Program-made: the position numbers and the translations under genes
Notes under the pieces: generated by a model
Seen by the model: the letters and a program-made list of their open reading frames with translations, nothing else
What the model was told of the DNA's origin: nothing
Database searches by the model: none
NCBI RefSeq assembly: GCF_004010195.1
Contig: NC_057732.1
Location: 37,326,991-37,390,990, forward strand
Direction: 5' to 3'
DNA: 64,000 nt
DNA from: Chiloscyllium plagiosum
Lineage: Eukaryota
In this document: positions 36,101-48,734 of the stretch, piece by piece
How positions within the stretch are numbered: the stretch's first letter is position 1
How the letters are laid out: every line of letters starts with the position of its first letter

Positions 36101-39100
36101 CATTGTGTTAGGTGCATTAGTCAGAGGGAAATGGGTCTGGGTAGGTTACTCTTCAGAGGGTCGGTGTAGACTTGTTGGTCCGAAGGTTTGTTTCCACACT
36201 GTAGGGAATCTAATCTGAGTGTTAGCATACAAGTGCGCCAAGCAAGATAAATGAAATTTTGTCCCTTAAATTTTAGACAGTTTGAGTTTAAAAATGGGAA
36301 AGTCTTGTTACACCTGGGAAAAGGGGGTGGTCAGGCTGAACCTGCAGAACTACAATTTTGAACACATATTTAAGAAAGAACGTATTAACATTGGAGGCTG
36401 TTCAAAAGAGATTCACTCTTTTGATTCAAAAGAGATTCAAAAGGATGAAGTGGTTAACAGATCAGTATACCTAAACAGATTAAATCTTTATTCATTAAAC
36501 TTTAGATGAAAGAAAGATGACCTTATTAAAACATACAAAATACAAGGCAAATATTGAGAAGTTGAATGGCTTACTCCTGCTCCTATTTATGTTCTTATAA
36601 ATGCAATGTACTGATGGATGTGAACTTTTATTGCTAAATTACAAAGTTACAATATAACTTGAAGTCTCTAGAAGTATCAGAAATCATCTTGAATCATTTT
36701 TACAAATCATAGCAGGGTAGTTCAGCACCAAAGTTCCTCCTCCTGTTTACTGCCACTAACTGCTTTCCCTTTAGTATTACATGCAGCTCAATGTCTCGCC
36801 TGCTGCTCCTTACCCAGGTAGTAGCCGTATGTTACGTTTCTGTATTCCTCCCAGGAGACAAGCCCATCCTGGTTACTGTCGAAATCTGGCCACTGGCGCC
36901 CAACATTCTCGAAGATGTATCTCTTCTGAGCCCGCTTTATCCAAGCCTTCAGCTCTGCCTCCGTCACAAATCCGTCCTTATCCTCATCTATTTTATCTAC
37001 TATCATTCTACAAAAAGACAAAAAACGTGTAGATGGCAGGGTCAGACTCTGGACCTTAAAGAATCGTCATAAAAACCTACCCAACAGGGACCCATAGGTC
37101 GCATTTTTGTACTCTTCCCAGGACACGAGGCCATCGTTGTCTAGATCATGACCCTTCCACTGACGTTCGACATCCTCGTAAATCCAACGCTTTTGTGCAA
37201 GTTTAATCCATTTCTTAAGTTCCTCCTCTGTAACAAACCCATCCTTGTCTCCATCGATTTTATCTACAATTTTTCTGTTGGGAGAGTCAGAAAACCCGGG
37301 AAAGGTTAGGAAAAGGCGCTTGGAGAAGTTGACTGATAGGTACTTATGTTCAATGTAGAGAAGGATTCTGCAGAGCTATATTGAAATGGACTTCTATGGG
37401 GTGCACTCTCCATTAACTTTGATCTTACAGCCACCTTAAAATTAATTACAACAGGTGATTTGTATGTAAAAGTCAAAACTTCAGCTGTGGATTTAAGAGA
37501 ATAGATGAATTCAAACTCCCCAGCACAGACAGACAGATAAATTGCAATGCCCCCGCTTATATTTCACCATGTGGAATCATCAATTGTAAAACCAGGAACT
37601 AACTAGAATTATCCTGGCTTTTCTGATTGAGAAACTACCATGAATCCTAAAGGGCCAATTTGAAAAAAAATTCATTTAATCTAGTCTTTCGTCTGTAGAA
37701 TCAGAGCTCAAATCCAACTCAATTACTATAATGAAATAAATCTGTTCAATTTATTTGTGACCTTCAACCATATATCTGGTGATCCCAAACGTTCCTAATC
37801 TATAACTCAAAAGTCACAATAGCCGCACTGGGAAGTATCGAAGAGTTGCCAGAGTACAGCTTTAAAACTTTGTAAGCACTGATCTGGACTGAGACAACTT
37901 GGCACCACGAAGTATATATTTTGCACATTGCAGTCTCTTACTTTTTTAGTACCATGCTGAGCTTTAAAAGTATTTAGGAGAGGTGAGCAAAGACAAAAAG
38001 TATATTTACAGCAAACTGTTTTAACTGGCACCTTATCAACCAGCACTCCCAATAAACTGACAAAAATTATACCTCAAATACAGAAGTAGTTTTATTTTGT
38101 ATTATCACAGTCTCCCCAATGTCTGAGTAGTCAGTTGAGAGAGTAAGAGTGAGAAGGCTCTCTACCAATAAGTTAAGGCAAAGTTGCATTATTATTTAAG
38201 TGATTTATACTATAAATAAATTAAGAGTGACGTGTGTATCCCCTGCATTAGGTTTCTATTACTGTGTGTTTTTACATTAATTATGTGGACCTTTGATCTA
38301 CCGGAATATTTGATCAACTAATACACTCCTAATCCCATAGGTGCCAGTTAATAAAAAGGTTTGCTGCAGTACCGAGTTCTCTGACGTGGAGAAGGGAAAT
38401 AAAAAGGACTGAGTGTAGGAATAAAGTTTCCCACCACTGACTGTTGATGGGGATGGGGATGGGGATGGGACAACCATTAAAAAAAAGGTTGTTACTGAAT
38501 AGTGACATCCAGTTCTAGATTCTCCCTGAAAAGGAAACATGCTCTTCACCTCTGCCCTGTCAACTCCCTCAGCATTTTGTATGCTTCAATCAAGTCACCA
38601 TTTTTCTAAAGCCCAGCGGGTACAAGCCTAGCCTGTCTAACCTTGTCTCAAGATAATCCACCCTTTCCAGGTATTAGTCTGATAAGCCTTCTTTGAACTG
38701 CTTCCATTTATGTTCCTTCTTGGGCAGCACAGTGGCTCAGTGATTAGCACTGCTGCCTCACAGCACCAGGGTCCTGGGTTCGATTCCCACTTGTCTGTAT
38801 GGAGTTTGTACATTCTCCCTGTGTCTGCATGGGTTTCCTCCCACAATCCAAAGATGTGCAGGTCAAGTGATTTGGCCATGCTAAATTGCCCATAGTGTTA
38901 GGTGCATTAGTCAGGGGTAAATATAGGGTAGGGAAATGGGTTTGGGCAGGTCCCCCCTTCAGAGGGGCGGTGTGGACTTGTTGGGCTGAAGAGCCTGTTT
39001 CCACATTGTAGAGAATCGAATCTAATCTTAAATAAGAAAACCAATACTGCACATTACTCTGGATGAAATTTTGCCAGTCCAGTGCATTACTAAACCATAA

Positions 39101-41841
39101 ATATTCCTACTTTAGTATTCAACCCTCTTGCAATAAATTTGCTGTAGCGATACTAAACATTGTGATTCATGAACTAGGAAAGCCAGACCTCTGTGCACCT
39201 CACAGTCTGCAATCTCTTACTATTTAGTCAACGTGTTTTAATTTCTCCTGCCAAAATGAACAATTTTGCATATTCCCATGATACTTCATTTGCCAGATCT
39301 TTGCCCACTTACTTAAGGAGCCTATAAAAAAGGTATATAGATACGTTATGTCCACTTCATAATTTCCTTTTCTATCTACGTGTCATCATAGTAAACAGTT
39401 TTAAGTCAATGCCCCACAAAAGATTAGAAAATCAGAAGGCTGTTTATGAACACAAGCATATGATGATAAAATGCTGACTCAACAAAAATGCATTTTAAGT
39501 TACAAGCTGCAGAACAAGGCTATTCTCTGTAAGGAAGTAAAATGAAAGCAAAACACTCAACACTGGTGAACAAAACCAGTGTTGAAGTAGTCCCTGTATT
39601 ACAAGGGCCTTAAAAAGAAAGGAGAATTACTTACGGAATTAAATATGCACTTTCATTGCATATTCTTCGTAGAGATTTCATTCCTTTCTTTCTCGAAGGT
39701 GACAATTCTTGCTTGGACATAGTTTCACACACCCAAAAAAAACCATTATGGGAAAATCCCAGCAGCCAGGAGGGATATAATACAATCATAACCACTATCG
39801 TCCACAATTGTGAAGGACGGAATAGACTCACCAATGACTTAGATAAATGACACGTTTCAGAAAACACAGTAGTATTATTACAATCAGCACAAAGAGGTAA
39901 CTGACCAAGCTTCTCATGTTTCTGCAGAGGAAACTATCAACTGAACTATTGTAATCTTGATATGGAGGAGCCAGTATTGGACTGTGGTAGACAAAGTTAA
40001 AAATCACACAACACCAGTTTATAGTCCAAAAGGTTTATTTGGAAGTACTAGCTTTCGGAGCGCTGCTCCTTCATCAGGTGGTTGTGGAGCAGGAGCATAA
40101 GACACAGAATTTATAGCAAAAGATTACCATGATACAATGATACGTTGAACAGTCTTTCACCTTTTAGAATGGGTTGCAGGTTTCAGTTCATTAATATGTA
40201 AATCCTAGAACTTCTTTTAAGTCAGATTCTCGAGATACCTTTTGTTATAAAACCTTAAGGTGACATCTCAGCTCAGAGAATGCATTAAACGGTGTGAGGT
40301 TAGAATTTATCTGTAACCCAATCTTGAGTCAGACTGGTTCTATTTCTAAAGTAGAATTTAGAAAACACATTTTTTGAGCAAAATGGAATGTATCTGCAAA
40401 ACCCCATTGACTTGTGTGCGCGCATGTGAGATAGACAGACAAAGAAAGAGCGAAACGTGAGTGTGTTGGCATGAGTGAAAACTTGGTTAAGTGGGTGTGA
40501 TGGAGTATAAGCCTGTTAGAGGGTGTGTGTGTGTGGATGAGAGCGTGGGGGTGTATGTGTGCGTGTGTGAGAGACAGCGTGCGTGTGAGAGAGGGTCTGT
40601 GTAAGTGTGTGAATGTGTAAAGAGTGAGAGAGAGTGTGTACACACACACACACACACACACACACACTGAATATGTAAACACTCACGCAGACCCTGCCTT
40701 ATACACATACTGTCACAGGCTTATACTCCATCACACCCACTTAACCAAGCTTTCATACATTCTATTTTGCTCAAAAGATGCACAATCTGCAGGCAGTCAA
40801 TACATGTAGTATTTTCTAAATTCCACTTTAGAAATAGAACCAATCTGACTCAAGAATGGGATACATACAGATTCTAACCTCACACCTGTTAATGCATCGT
40901 CTGAGTTGAAATGTCACCTTAAGATTATAAAACCTTAAGTTATCTCAAGAATGTGACTTAAAAGAAGTTCTGGAATTTACATATGAATGAAATCAAAACC
41001 TGCAACCCATTCTAAAAGATGAAAGACTTAACAACAATCCAGGTTTGTTCAATATATCATTTCAGTTGCATGACACTAATCTTTTGCTATAAATTCTGCA
41101 TCTTATTCTCCAAGATCACCTGATGAAAGAGCAGCCCTTTGAAAGCTAATGCTTCCAAATAAACCTGTTGGACTATAACCTGGTGTTGTTTGATTTTTAA
41201 CTATTGTAATCTTGTTCTTATTTTAAAAGATAATATCAAAATTTATTTTGCTAGGTCAAAATGGCTTTAAATTCATAATCCCATTGCTATTAAGAGTGAT
41301 TTATGGCCAAGGATTCCCATCTATTGTAGAAACAATATTAAAGGCTTGTTTCCTAATGAGGGAAGATGGATGCACAACACAATTAATATTGATACATTAA
41401 ATTCTCACAGAGGAAACAGATATATTATGAAGTTTAGAATCCAACTCACATCAAGGAGTTTCCCATAAATCTAGAAGTAGCTATTCAAAATCAGAATATA
41501 GTCCCAAACTAAATAACAGTCATTGTGTGCTCTTTAAAATATCTTTAAAAGTATGGTCAACAGTACAACTTTAATGTAAATCATTATTGGTTTAATATTT
41601 TCTGTCATGTTCTTACATACCCAAGCCTTTCTTTGCTTTCCTCAGGAGTGAGCTGATCAAATGTCTTTGCCTCCTCAGCCCCAAGGAAGGCATCGTGGTC
41701 ATATTCAAAGTTCTCAGAATCATCATGCACCTTGTCACTCAGTTCTTTCTCATGGAAGGTACGATCCTTCTTTTCGGTTGGTTTGCTCAGGGCATAAACA
41801 CCACACATGGTCAGGTACAGGATCAGCTTTGTTAAGCCCAT
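27032..41841 (-). CDS. CALU: Calumenin (CREC-family multi-EF-hand ER/secretory Ca2+-binding protein), spliced CDS join(41841-41621, [37274-37081 or 37007-36814], 31385-31219, 29919-29859, 27943-27744, 27136-27032)
   Basis: Exons of 221+194+167+61+200+105 = 948 nt = 315 aa + stop, all with GT-AG and compatible phases. Signal peptide [55 protein letters not shown], several EF-hand loops, C-terminal HDEF. Confidence 0.97.
27744..27943 (-). CDS. CALU: CALU exon 6
   Basis: 200 nt, ttcAG|...AAG|gtgagc; [23 protein letters not shown]...[17 protein letters not shown]. Confidence 0.95.
29410..29717 (-). mobile_element. HE1-type SINE (CALU intron 5)
   Basis: Full-length, near consensus. Confidence 0.9.
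29859..29919 (-). CDS. CALU: CALU exon 5
   Basis: 61 nt, gcAG|...G|gtaagt; [20 protein letters not shown] (EF-hand). Confidence 0.95.
30513..30603 (-). mobile_element. Ultrashort hammerhead-headed PLE fragment
   Basis: Perfect 13-bp TSD catgcctcatact at 30500-30512 and 30604-30616; core at 30572-30599. Confidence 0.85.
30878..30972 (+). mobile_element. Ultrashort hammerhead-headed PLE fragment
   Basis: Perfect 14-bp TSD tctactccatactc at 30864-30877 and 30973-30986; core at 30883-30910. Confidence 0.85.
31219..31385 (-). CDS. CALU: CALU exon 4
   Basis: 167 nt, ccAAG| acceptor, CTG|gtcagt donor; [56 protein letters not shown]. Confidence 0.92.
31872..32076. mobile_element. Older inverted PLE doublet
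   Basis: Mirror arms (aaaccagaaattgctg / ctggtaatttctattttt); TSD caggt(t/c)agatcaa at 31859-31871 and 32077-32089. Related single copy at about 3070-3205. Confidence 0.65.
32690..33135 (+). mobile_element. CR1 3' fragment
   Basis: [12 protein letters not shown]...GHSLRIRGG...GLWNSL. Confidence 0.85.
35925..36216 (+). mobile_element. HE1-type SINE inside a CR1 fragment (about 35560-36595)
   Basis: V-SINE motifs; the flanking CR1 has KFADATK and WQMEFN. Confidence 0.85.
36814..37007 (-). CDS. CALU: CALU exon 3b (mutually exclusive)
   Basis: tgtAG|...G|gtaagg, 194 nt, [64 protein letters not shown]. Confidence 0.93.
37081..37274 (-). CDS. CALU: CALU exon 3a (mutually exclusive)
   Basis: aacAG|...G|gtagg, 194 nt, [64 protein letters not shown]. 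Not present in the supplied ORF track. Confidence 0.93.
38721..39028 (+). mobile_element. HE1-type SINE inside an antisense CR1 fragment (about 38470-39370)
   Basis: V-SINE motifs and ctaatct tail. Confidence 0.85.
40049..40077 (-). ncRNA. Minimal hammerhead ribozyme motif, sense to CALU
   Basis: CTGATGA-A-GGAGC-agc-GCTCC-GAAA-GC-TA; palindromic AGCT in stem III. Confidence 0.6.
40640..40676. repeat. (CA)n microsatellite
   Basis: Seen directly. Confidence 0.9.
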
Positions 41842-41857
41842 CACGTCTATGGTCTTT
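41621..41857 (-). CDS. CALU: CALU exon 2 (first coding exon; ATG at 41841-41839)
   Basis: Acceptor ttgCAG| before 41857, donor GG|gtatgt after 41621. Encodes the signal peptide to ...ESKERLG. Confidence 0.95.
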
Positions 41858-42109
41858 CTGCAAAGGAAAGAAAGTATGTTAAACCTTCCCAAAACGTGTT
41901 CTAAGTTATTTTTAAGCACATACTGGGTTGAATGGAGAAAGGTGGATCAAGAAAATAAACAAACCTTTTCCTACATTCTAAAGAAAACAAAACAAATGTT
42001 AGCGTACTTGAGCACCTGAGAAAAAAAAATAAGATCAGACCATTCAGAGCACTGATTAAAGCATTTAGAAAACCAATTAATTAAGTTTTGTTAAATTTCC
42101 TTATTTCTG

Positions 42110-43075
42110 CCAGAGGTGCTGGGTCCACTGCTTTTTGTCATTTATACAAAAGGACTTGGATGTGAATATAGGAGGCATGATAGTAAATTTGCAAATGATA
42201 CCAAAATTTGAAGTGTAGTGGACAGCAAAGAAGATTATTTCAGAGTACAAGGGCCAAGGAGTGGCAGATGGATTGTAATTTAGATAAACATGAGGTGCTG
42301 CATTTTGGAAAGGCAAATCAGGGCAAGACTTATTTACTTTATGATAAGGTCCTGGGGAGTGTTGCTGAACAAAGAGACCTTCAAGTGCAGGTTCATAGTT
42401 CCTTGAAAGTAGAGTCACAGGTAGAGAGGATAGTGAAGGCAGCGTTTGGTATACTTGCTTTTATTGGTCAGTGCATCGAGTACAGGGAGTTGGGAGGTCA
42501 TGTTGCGGCTATACAGGACATAGGTTAGGCCACTATTGGAATACTGCATGCAATTCTGGTCCCCTCACTATAGGAATGATGTTGTGAAACTTGAAAGGGT
42601 TCAGAAAAGAGTTACAAGGATATTGCCAAGATTGGATGGTTTGAGCGACAGAGAGAGGCTGAATAGACTGGGGCTATTTTCCCTCATCGGAGGCAGAGGG
42701 GTGACCATATAAAGGTTTATAAAATCATGATGGGCATGGATAGGGTAAATAGACAAGGTCTTTTCCCTGGCATGGGGGAGTGCAAAACCAGAGGGCATAA
42801 GTTTAGGGTGCGAGAGGAAAATTTAAAAGGGACCTAAAGGGCAATGTCTTTTTATGTAGAGGGTGGTGTGTGTATGGAATGAGTTACCAGAGGAAGTGGT
42901 GGAGGCTGGTACAATTACAACATTTAAAAGGCATCTGGATGGGATATATGAATAAGAAGGGTTTACAGGGATATGCACCAAATGCTGGCAAATGGGACTA
43001 CATTTATTTAGGATATCTGGTCAGTGTGGACGAGTTGGACCAAAGGATCTGTTTCAGTGCTGTATAACTATAACT
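42110..43075 (+). mobile_element. CR1 3' fragment (CALU intron 1)
   Basis: SKFANDTK, EVLHFGKANQG, QRDLQVQVHSSLKV. Confidence 0.88.
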
Positions 43076-45387
43076 CGATAACTTCTCAACTATGACTCAT
43101 TTGGTGGTAAGATAGCCTCAACAAACCATACCTATGCCAGGGATCATGTAGTTGATGTATTAGGTGATACACAAAATGGCTGTGTGGAGCTAGTTAAAAT
43201 ACATTGCATCTTTCTTCTTTGACCATTGACAAAATGTTCTTGCAATTTTGTTACACCTATTAAAAGAATTCCTGTTCCCAAATGCCATATAGGAACTAAC
43301 CCTTTTTAGAGAGCAGGCATGTAGATGATTTAAGCATTGCCAGAAATCAGGGACTTGGATTATTGTCATAGTCAGGAACTGGTTTCAACTGCAATGTTTG
43401 CCAATTGTTAGCGATTTTATGTTGGTCATTTGGGTGATGTGCTGCAAGAAATTTGGCATCAATGGAACAGCATTCTGCAGGAGAAAGCAGGTTCAGGAGT
43501 TGGAAAATTGTCAGGTGGGAAAACTCATAGCATTCAAACTGTCATCAGTTAAGTTGACACTTCAGTGTGATACCAAAGTAGTGCTACAATATTGGAGTAT
43601 ATCATTCTTTCAAATTACTAAGAGACTTCACCCAATGAGATGGATGGAAAAGAGAAGGTACTTGAAAAAGGAGTCGCATGTCCTCTAGGTATCCTAGCCA
43701 ACATTTATTCTTCCACCAACAACAAAAACAGATCACCGATTAAAGTGTTCTTGCTATAAATTCCATTTTATACAGTCACACAATAGTATTCAATAAATAA
43801 TGTACCTTATTAGGAGCTATTCTACAAGAGAACGGTTTTTGCTCTCTCTCAACTTTAAAAGATACAGGAAAATTAATATGCAAAACCATGGATAAAAGCC
43901 TAAAAGCAACTAACTTGATTTGTAAAAACAATTGACCAATAAAATCAAAGTCCAATTTCTGAACTCTAGTATAAAATGTTCAAAAAAAAAAAGCAGCTAA
44001 TGCCTTACCAAATATTGCTAAGAATTCACTCGGATTCAGTAGTGAACAAATGTTCTACATTAATGCTAAACACAAGCATAAAATGTCTATTAGCTAGGAT
44101 AGAAGTCTTTTTGAACAATTAAATCTCAACTATTGCAGGTTACCAGATATGATCACTGCTTGGCATATGGGCAAGAATGGAATAGTGTAGGTTAGATGGG
44201 CTTCAGACTGGTTTCACAGGGCGGTGCAACATTGAGGGCCAAAGGGCCTGTACTGCGCTGTAATGTTCAATGTTCCTCTATACATAAAGCAATCTACTTT
44301 TGTTCATCTTTTTCTTTTGCACTTCCCGCCTAAACCCAATGCTAAAAAAAATTTCCTAACAGTATCAACGTATGCCTGTCCTGCAATAAACTATTTCCTA
44401 AGTTTGCATCATACGAATTTCATGAACTGCTGCCAATTCAGTACAACTTTTGTATAGGTTGCTTCATTTTTCAGACTTTTAACTGCACTCCACTGATCTC
44501 ACAATGAGGTTCTTTAATACACTGACCTATTCCATCTCTTCTCTAGAAAGATATAAACCTAAAATTCTTAACACTGTGCTCCAATTCTTTTTGATATCTT
44601 GATCAATCTCTATTGTATCAAACATGGAAAATTAACCTTACAATTGTCAAACATACCTCACAACTGTATAATTAATAAATGGATGCAATTTTACACATTG
44701 CTCCCCTACAAAACTTTAGTATTGCTAATTACTTTGAATAAAACTCAATACCATGATAGTGACTTAGTAGTATTGTGCTGGTTTTTGTAATCCAGAAACC
44801 CAAGATTCTGAGGAAATGGGTTCAAATCCCATTTAAGTTAATTTAACAGAATTGAATGTTTATCAGTTTCATGCTTGCCATTCCTCTCATCAGTTGTTAT
44901 AAATTGGCTTAATAATCTCATTTACAGAAAGAAATTTCCTATTCTTACTCTAATTGGCCTATACAGAACTCCACACCCACAGCATTGACCTAACTGCTCT
45001 CCGGGAAAAGACATCACATGCAAGCCACTCAGCTGTACCAAACAATTCAAGAAAAATTGTAATGGTTCAGGGGAGCAATTAGCAATGAACAAGAAATGTT
45101 GGCCTAACCAGTGACCCAGACATCCTTAAATATTAAATAATTTGAAAAATTAGCAAAGTGGCATGGGTAGAATATCATGTGTTCAAATTCTTGGTGCATC
45201 TTATACTTGGGAAAGAATGCGCTTACAGTTCCGTGTGCTCCTTTAGCCCAAAACATCACAATATAAAATTCCTGACTAATAGAACAGCAAAGTTTTTCTT
45301 CCACAAGTTTGTGCTAAAACTTCATAAACAGTGTCATTCGATGATGATAATTCCTCATGCCTTTATTAGCCTTACAATCGATTTATA

Positions 45388-45850
45388 GAGTCATAGAAAT
45401 GTACAGCACAGAAACAGACCCTTTGGTCCAACTCGTCGATGTCAGCTATCCTAACCTAATGTAATCCCATCTGCCAGTACTTGGCCCATATCCCTCCAAA
45501 CCCTTCCTATTCATATACCCATCCAGATGCCTTTTAAAATGTTGTAGTTGCACCAGCCTCCACCACTTCCTATGACAGCTTATTCCACACACGCACCACC
45601 TTCTGCGTGAAAAAGTTGCCCCCTCAGTCTCTTTTACATTTTTCCCCCTCACCCTAAACCTATGCTCTCTAATTTTGGAGTCCCCCACCCCAGGGAAAAG
45701 ACCTTACCTATTTATCATATCCATGCCCCTCAGGATTTTCTAAATCTCTATAAGGTCATCCCTGAGGCTCTGAATAGCCCCAGTCTATTCAGCCTCTCCC
45801 CTATACCTCAACCTCTGCAACCCTGGCAATAAGCTTGTAAATCTTTTGAC
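45388..45850 (-). mobile_element. CR1 3' fragment
   Basis: Reverse-complement ctatgactct tail and ORF2 C-terminal similarity. Confidence 0.8.
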
Positions 45851-46954
45851 AAGTTATTATTTTAAAATTGCTCCCATGTCATACAGTTCAAAACATGCAG
45901 CTTTGAAACCACATTGCTACATGTACTTCACACTAAACCTCAAAATGTTCACCATTGTGTTTCACTGGAAAATTGATGTTATTCTGCTGAGGTTAGATCT
46001 TTGAAATGGTGCCTCACTATTGGTGACATCACCTTTTCTGTTTTGTAATGAATGTTGGTCACCGTTCCTCCATTAAAATGCTTATTATGTTTCAAAAGCT
46101 ATTTCTTCATTCATTTCAGGAAGCTTTGAGGTAGCGAAGAGCACGACATAAAGTATTTCTTTAATTACAAATTCCACTAATAAAGATTACAAGTGGACTT
46201 CATGATCTTTTGCAACTCAAAATCAAAATTTAGTGACAAACCAAGGAAAGAAAGTATTGAATTTTTCCACATTTTTAGGCATTACAGACAATTACAAATT
46301 TTCAAACTGTATTTGCCCCTGAATGATATATTTACGTGATTACAACTGTGTGTTAATAGACCTAGTTAAAAAAAAAGTCAGCAGCGATCAAGTACTTCAT
46401 TCTCAAATAGCCATAATCTCATGCTGTTTGCAAACATGGAATGGCGGCAGTAATAGGTATTTACCCCTCGAGACTGCACTGCTATTTGTCTTGGGGATGG
46501 ATGATCTTTGATCTCAACATTATTTTCTCATAATACCTCCCATATCCCTAATATTTAGAAATCTATCAATCTCCCTTTGAGTACACTCAATTACTAAGTA
46601 TCATACCCCTCTCAATAGAGGATTCCAATTTTTTCAACCACCTTCTGAATGGAGAAATTGCTCCTCATTCCCCTGCTTCTCAGCATTCCTTGTCCTCTCC
46701 TGTCCCCAAAGATTCCTGTCCCCAAAGCAAGGGGAATATCCTTCTTGCATCTAGGTACTACACACTTCTGGAGTAGGTGGGACTTGAACCCAGGCCTCTT
46801 GGCCCAGAGGGGAGGAAAATATGACTGTATCACAAGAGTTCCCTTTGTTGCATCCACCCTATGCAAATTGTGTATAATTCAATAAGATATCTCATTCTTT
46901 GAAACTCTAGAGTATGTAGGTCTCCTCAGCCTCTCCATATTTATCCAAACAGTA

Positions 46955-47141
46955 TTTCCGGTTTCCTCCCACAGTCCAAAGATGTGCAGGTCAGGTGAAT
47001 TGGCCAGGCTAAATTGCCCGTTGTGTTAGGTAAGGGGTAGACGTAGGGGTAGGGGTATGGGTGGGTTGCGCTTCGGCGGGGCGGTGTGGACTTGTTGGGC
47101 CAAAGGGCCTGTTTCCACACTGTATGTAATCTAATCTAATC
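46955..47141 (+). mobile_element. 5'-truncated HE1-type SINE
   Basis: 3' half plus (CTAAT)n tail. Confidence 0.85.
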
Positions 47142-48734
47142 AAATCGGGGAGGGGCATCATACAAGCACACAGTGTAAACTGCTAACAAGAAATTATACT
47201 TGCATGATGAAATTTCAGGTATGCTCAGTAAAGTCATTTCTTTCTCCTTCCCTCAAGCATTTCTACCTCCTCGGGCACTAAATTTCTCACTCCAAATGGT
47301 AACTCGCTGTGGAATTAGTTGCCATGGTTGTGTATAGGTGTATCAGCAATAGGCATTACATCCCCATGCTATTTGACTCGATGAGAGAACCTGGCTGACA
47401 CACGGCACAGTAATAACAGTTGATTGCTATAAGAAAACTGAAGCGGTGCCTCAGATCTCAACATCTTAGAAGGAGGTGACACCTGAGTTCGAAGATTAAC
47501 AGTTATCAATTGTGAGGCAAATCTGTTTTAGAACTCATTATAGAACTAATTGGTGCAATGTTGGAAAACTGAAGAAGTCTTTTGGAAGCTACTGAATAGA
47601 ACTAGTTTGAGGATGCTGAGCCAATTACCACACCCTAACAGAGGTAAGGCAATTGAATACAGGATCAAAACTTGGAAATTAAAATTTGGTGTCCTTGTCC
47701 AAGATAAAGTGAGGATAGGTAGATGCTTAAATAAGTTAATTGATAGCTATAGCATTCAAAAAGTAATAATCTAGGGAATAACTCATTATTGCTACCAACT
47801 TTGAAAAAAAACAAATCCACCCACAATGTCATCTATAATTAGCTTGGTGGGAACTCAAAAAATAAATGAACTTAAGTAAAATAAAGACAAGTGAACAAAA
47901 TATTAAACTTAAGCAACATCCAGCCTCTCAGATGGAGATAGAAGATTTAAGATTATTATTCAAAGAACAGAAGGGATCCCAGTGTTCTAACCAATATCTA
48001 AACTTTAATCACCACAACAAATTATCAGATCATTGCTGTCTTAGAAACCTGTCTTAGACACCAATAACACAAGATGTAAATCTTTAACACCATAAAGTTA
48101 TTAAAATTAATATATTTATTCAGGTCTGAAAATACATGAAAAATTTCTTTAGGGCTGAAGATCATCCTTTATTATCTAGTTTAAAAGTTAGAACAAAAGC
48201 CATAATAAAATCTAATCACTCTTGCCAAGGGTCTATTCAAATTGTTTGTGATCCATCCTCAAAACTTTTTTTAAAAAAAATCAAAACTGGAGGAATGTAA
48301 TTGCAAGTACAAAGGTCAATCCACAAACATTTCCAAAAGGCAGGCTTTGCCCAATGATCTTCATGGTTAAATGAATTGGGTAACTGTTCAACGTTACAAC
48401 ACAACGATCAGTTTAACAGTTTTAATAAAATTATCATAAATGGAAATTAAAATCAAATAATGAAATACAACAACGAAAAAAAAAGCTACATTATTTTTGT
48501 AACTATTAAGTTGAAAATGTACCTATTAAAAGGGAATGCTTACCACTTTGTTAGTTAGGTTCACAATTATCTTGCAGTTAATTAAATAGCTAATTAGTAC
48601 ATTAATTCCCACCAGTAACTACAACCAAACTAATTATAATTACCAAATTTCTGACCCCTTCTTCGGCTTTCTATCCACTCTAAAGGGGTCTACCGGAAAC
48701 TGCCCACCCCTGCAGTAAACGGAAATAAACTCAC

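Larger units (their letters stand above)
39960..41198. mobile_element. Large fold-back (inverted) PLE-derived insertion, third family, in CALU intron 2
   Basis: Arms at about 39995-40520 and 40712-41202 are reverse complements around a (GT/CA)n spacer. 16-bp direct repeat aactattgtaatcttg at 39944-39959 and 41199-41214. Hammerhead motif in each arm. Confidence 0.8.

Noticed and set aside
27032-41841. Reticulocalbin (RCN1/2/3) identity
   Set aside because: The HDEF end, [10 protein letters not shown]-terminus, 315-aa length and duplicated exon 3 fit calumenin.
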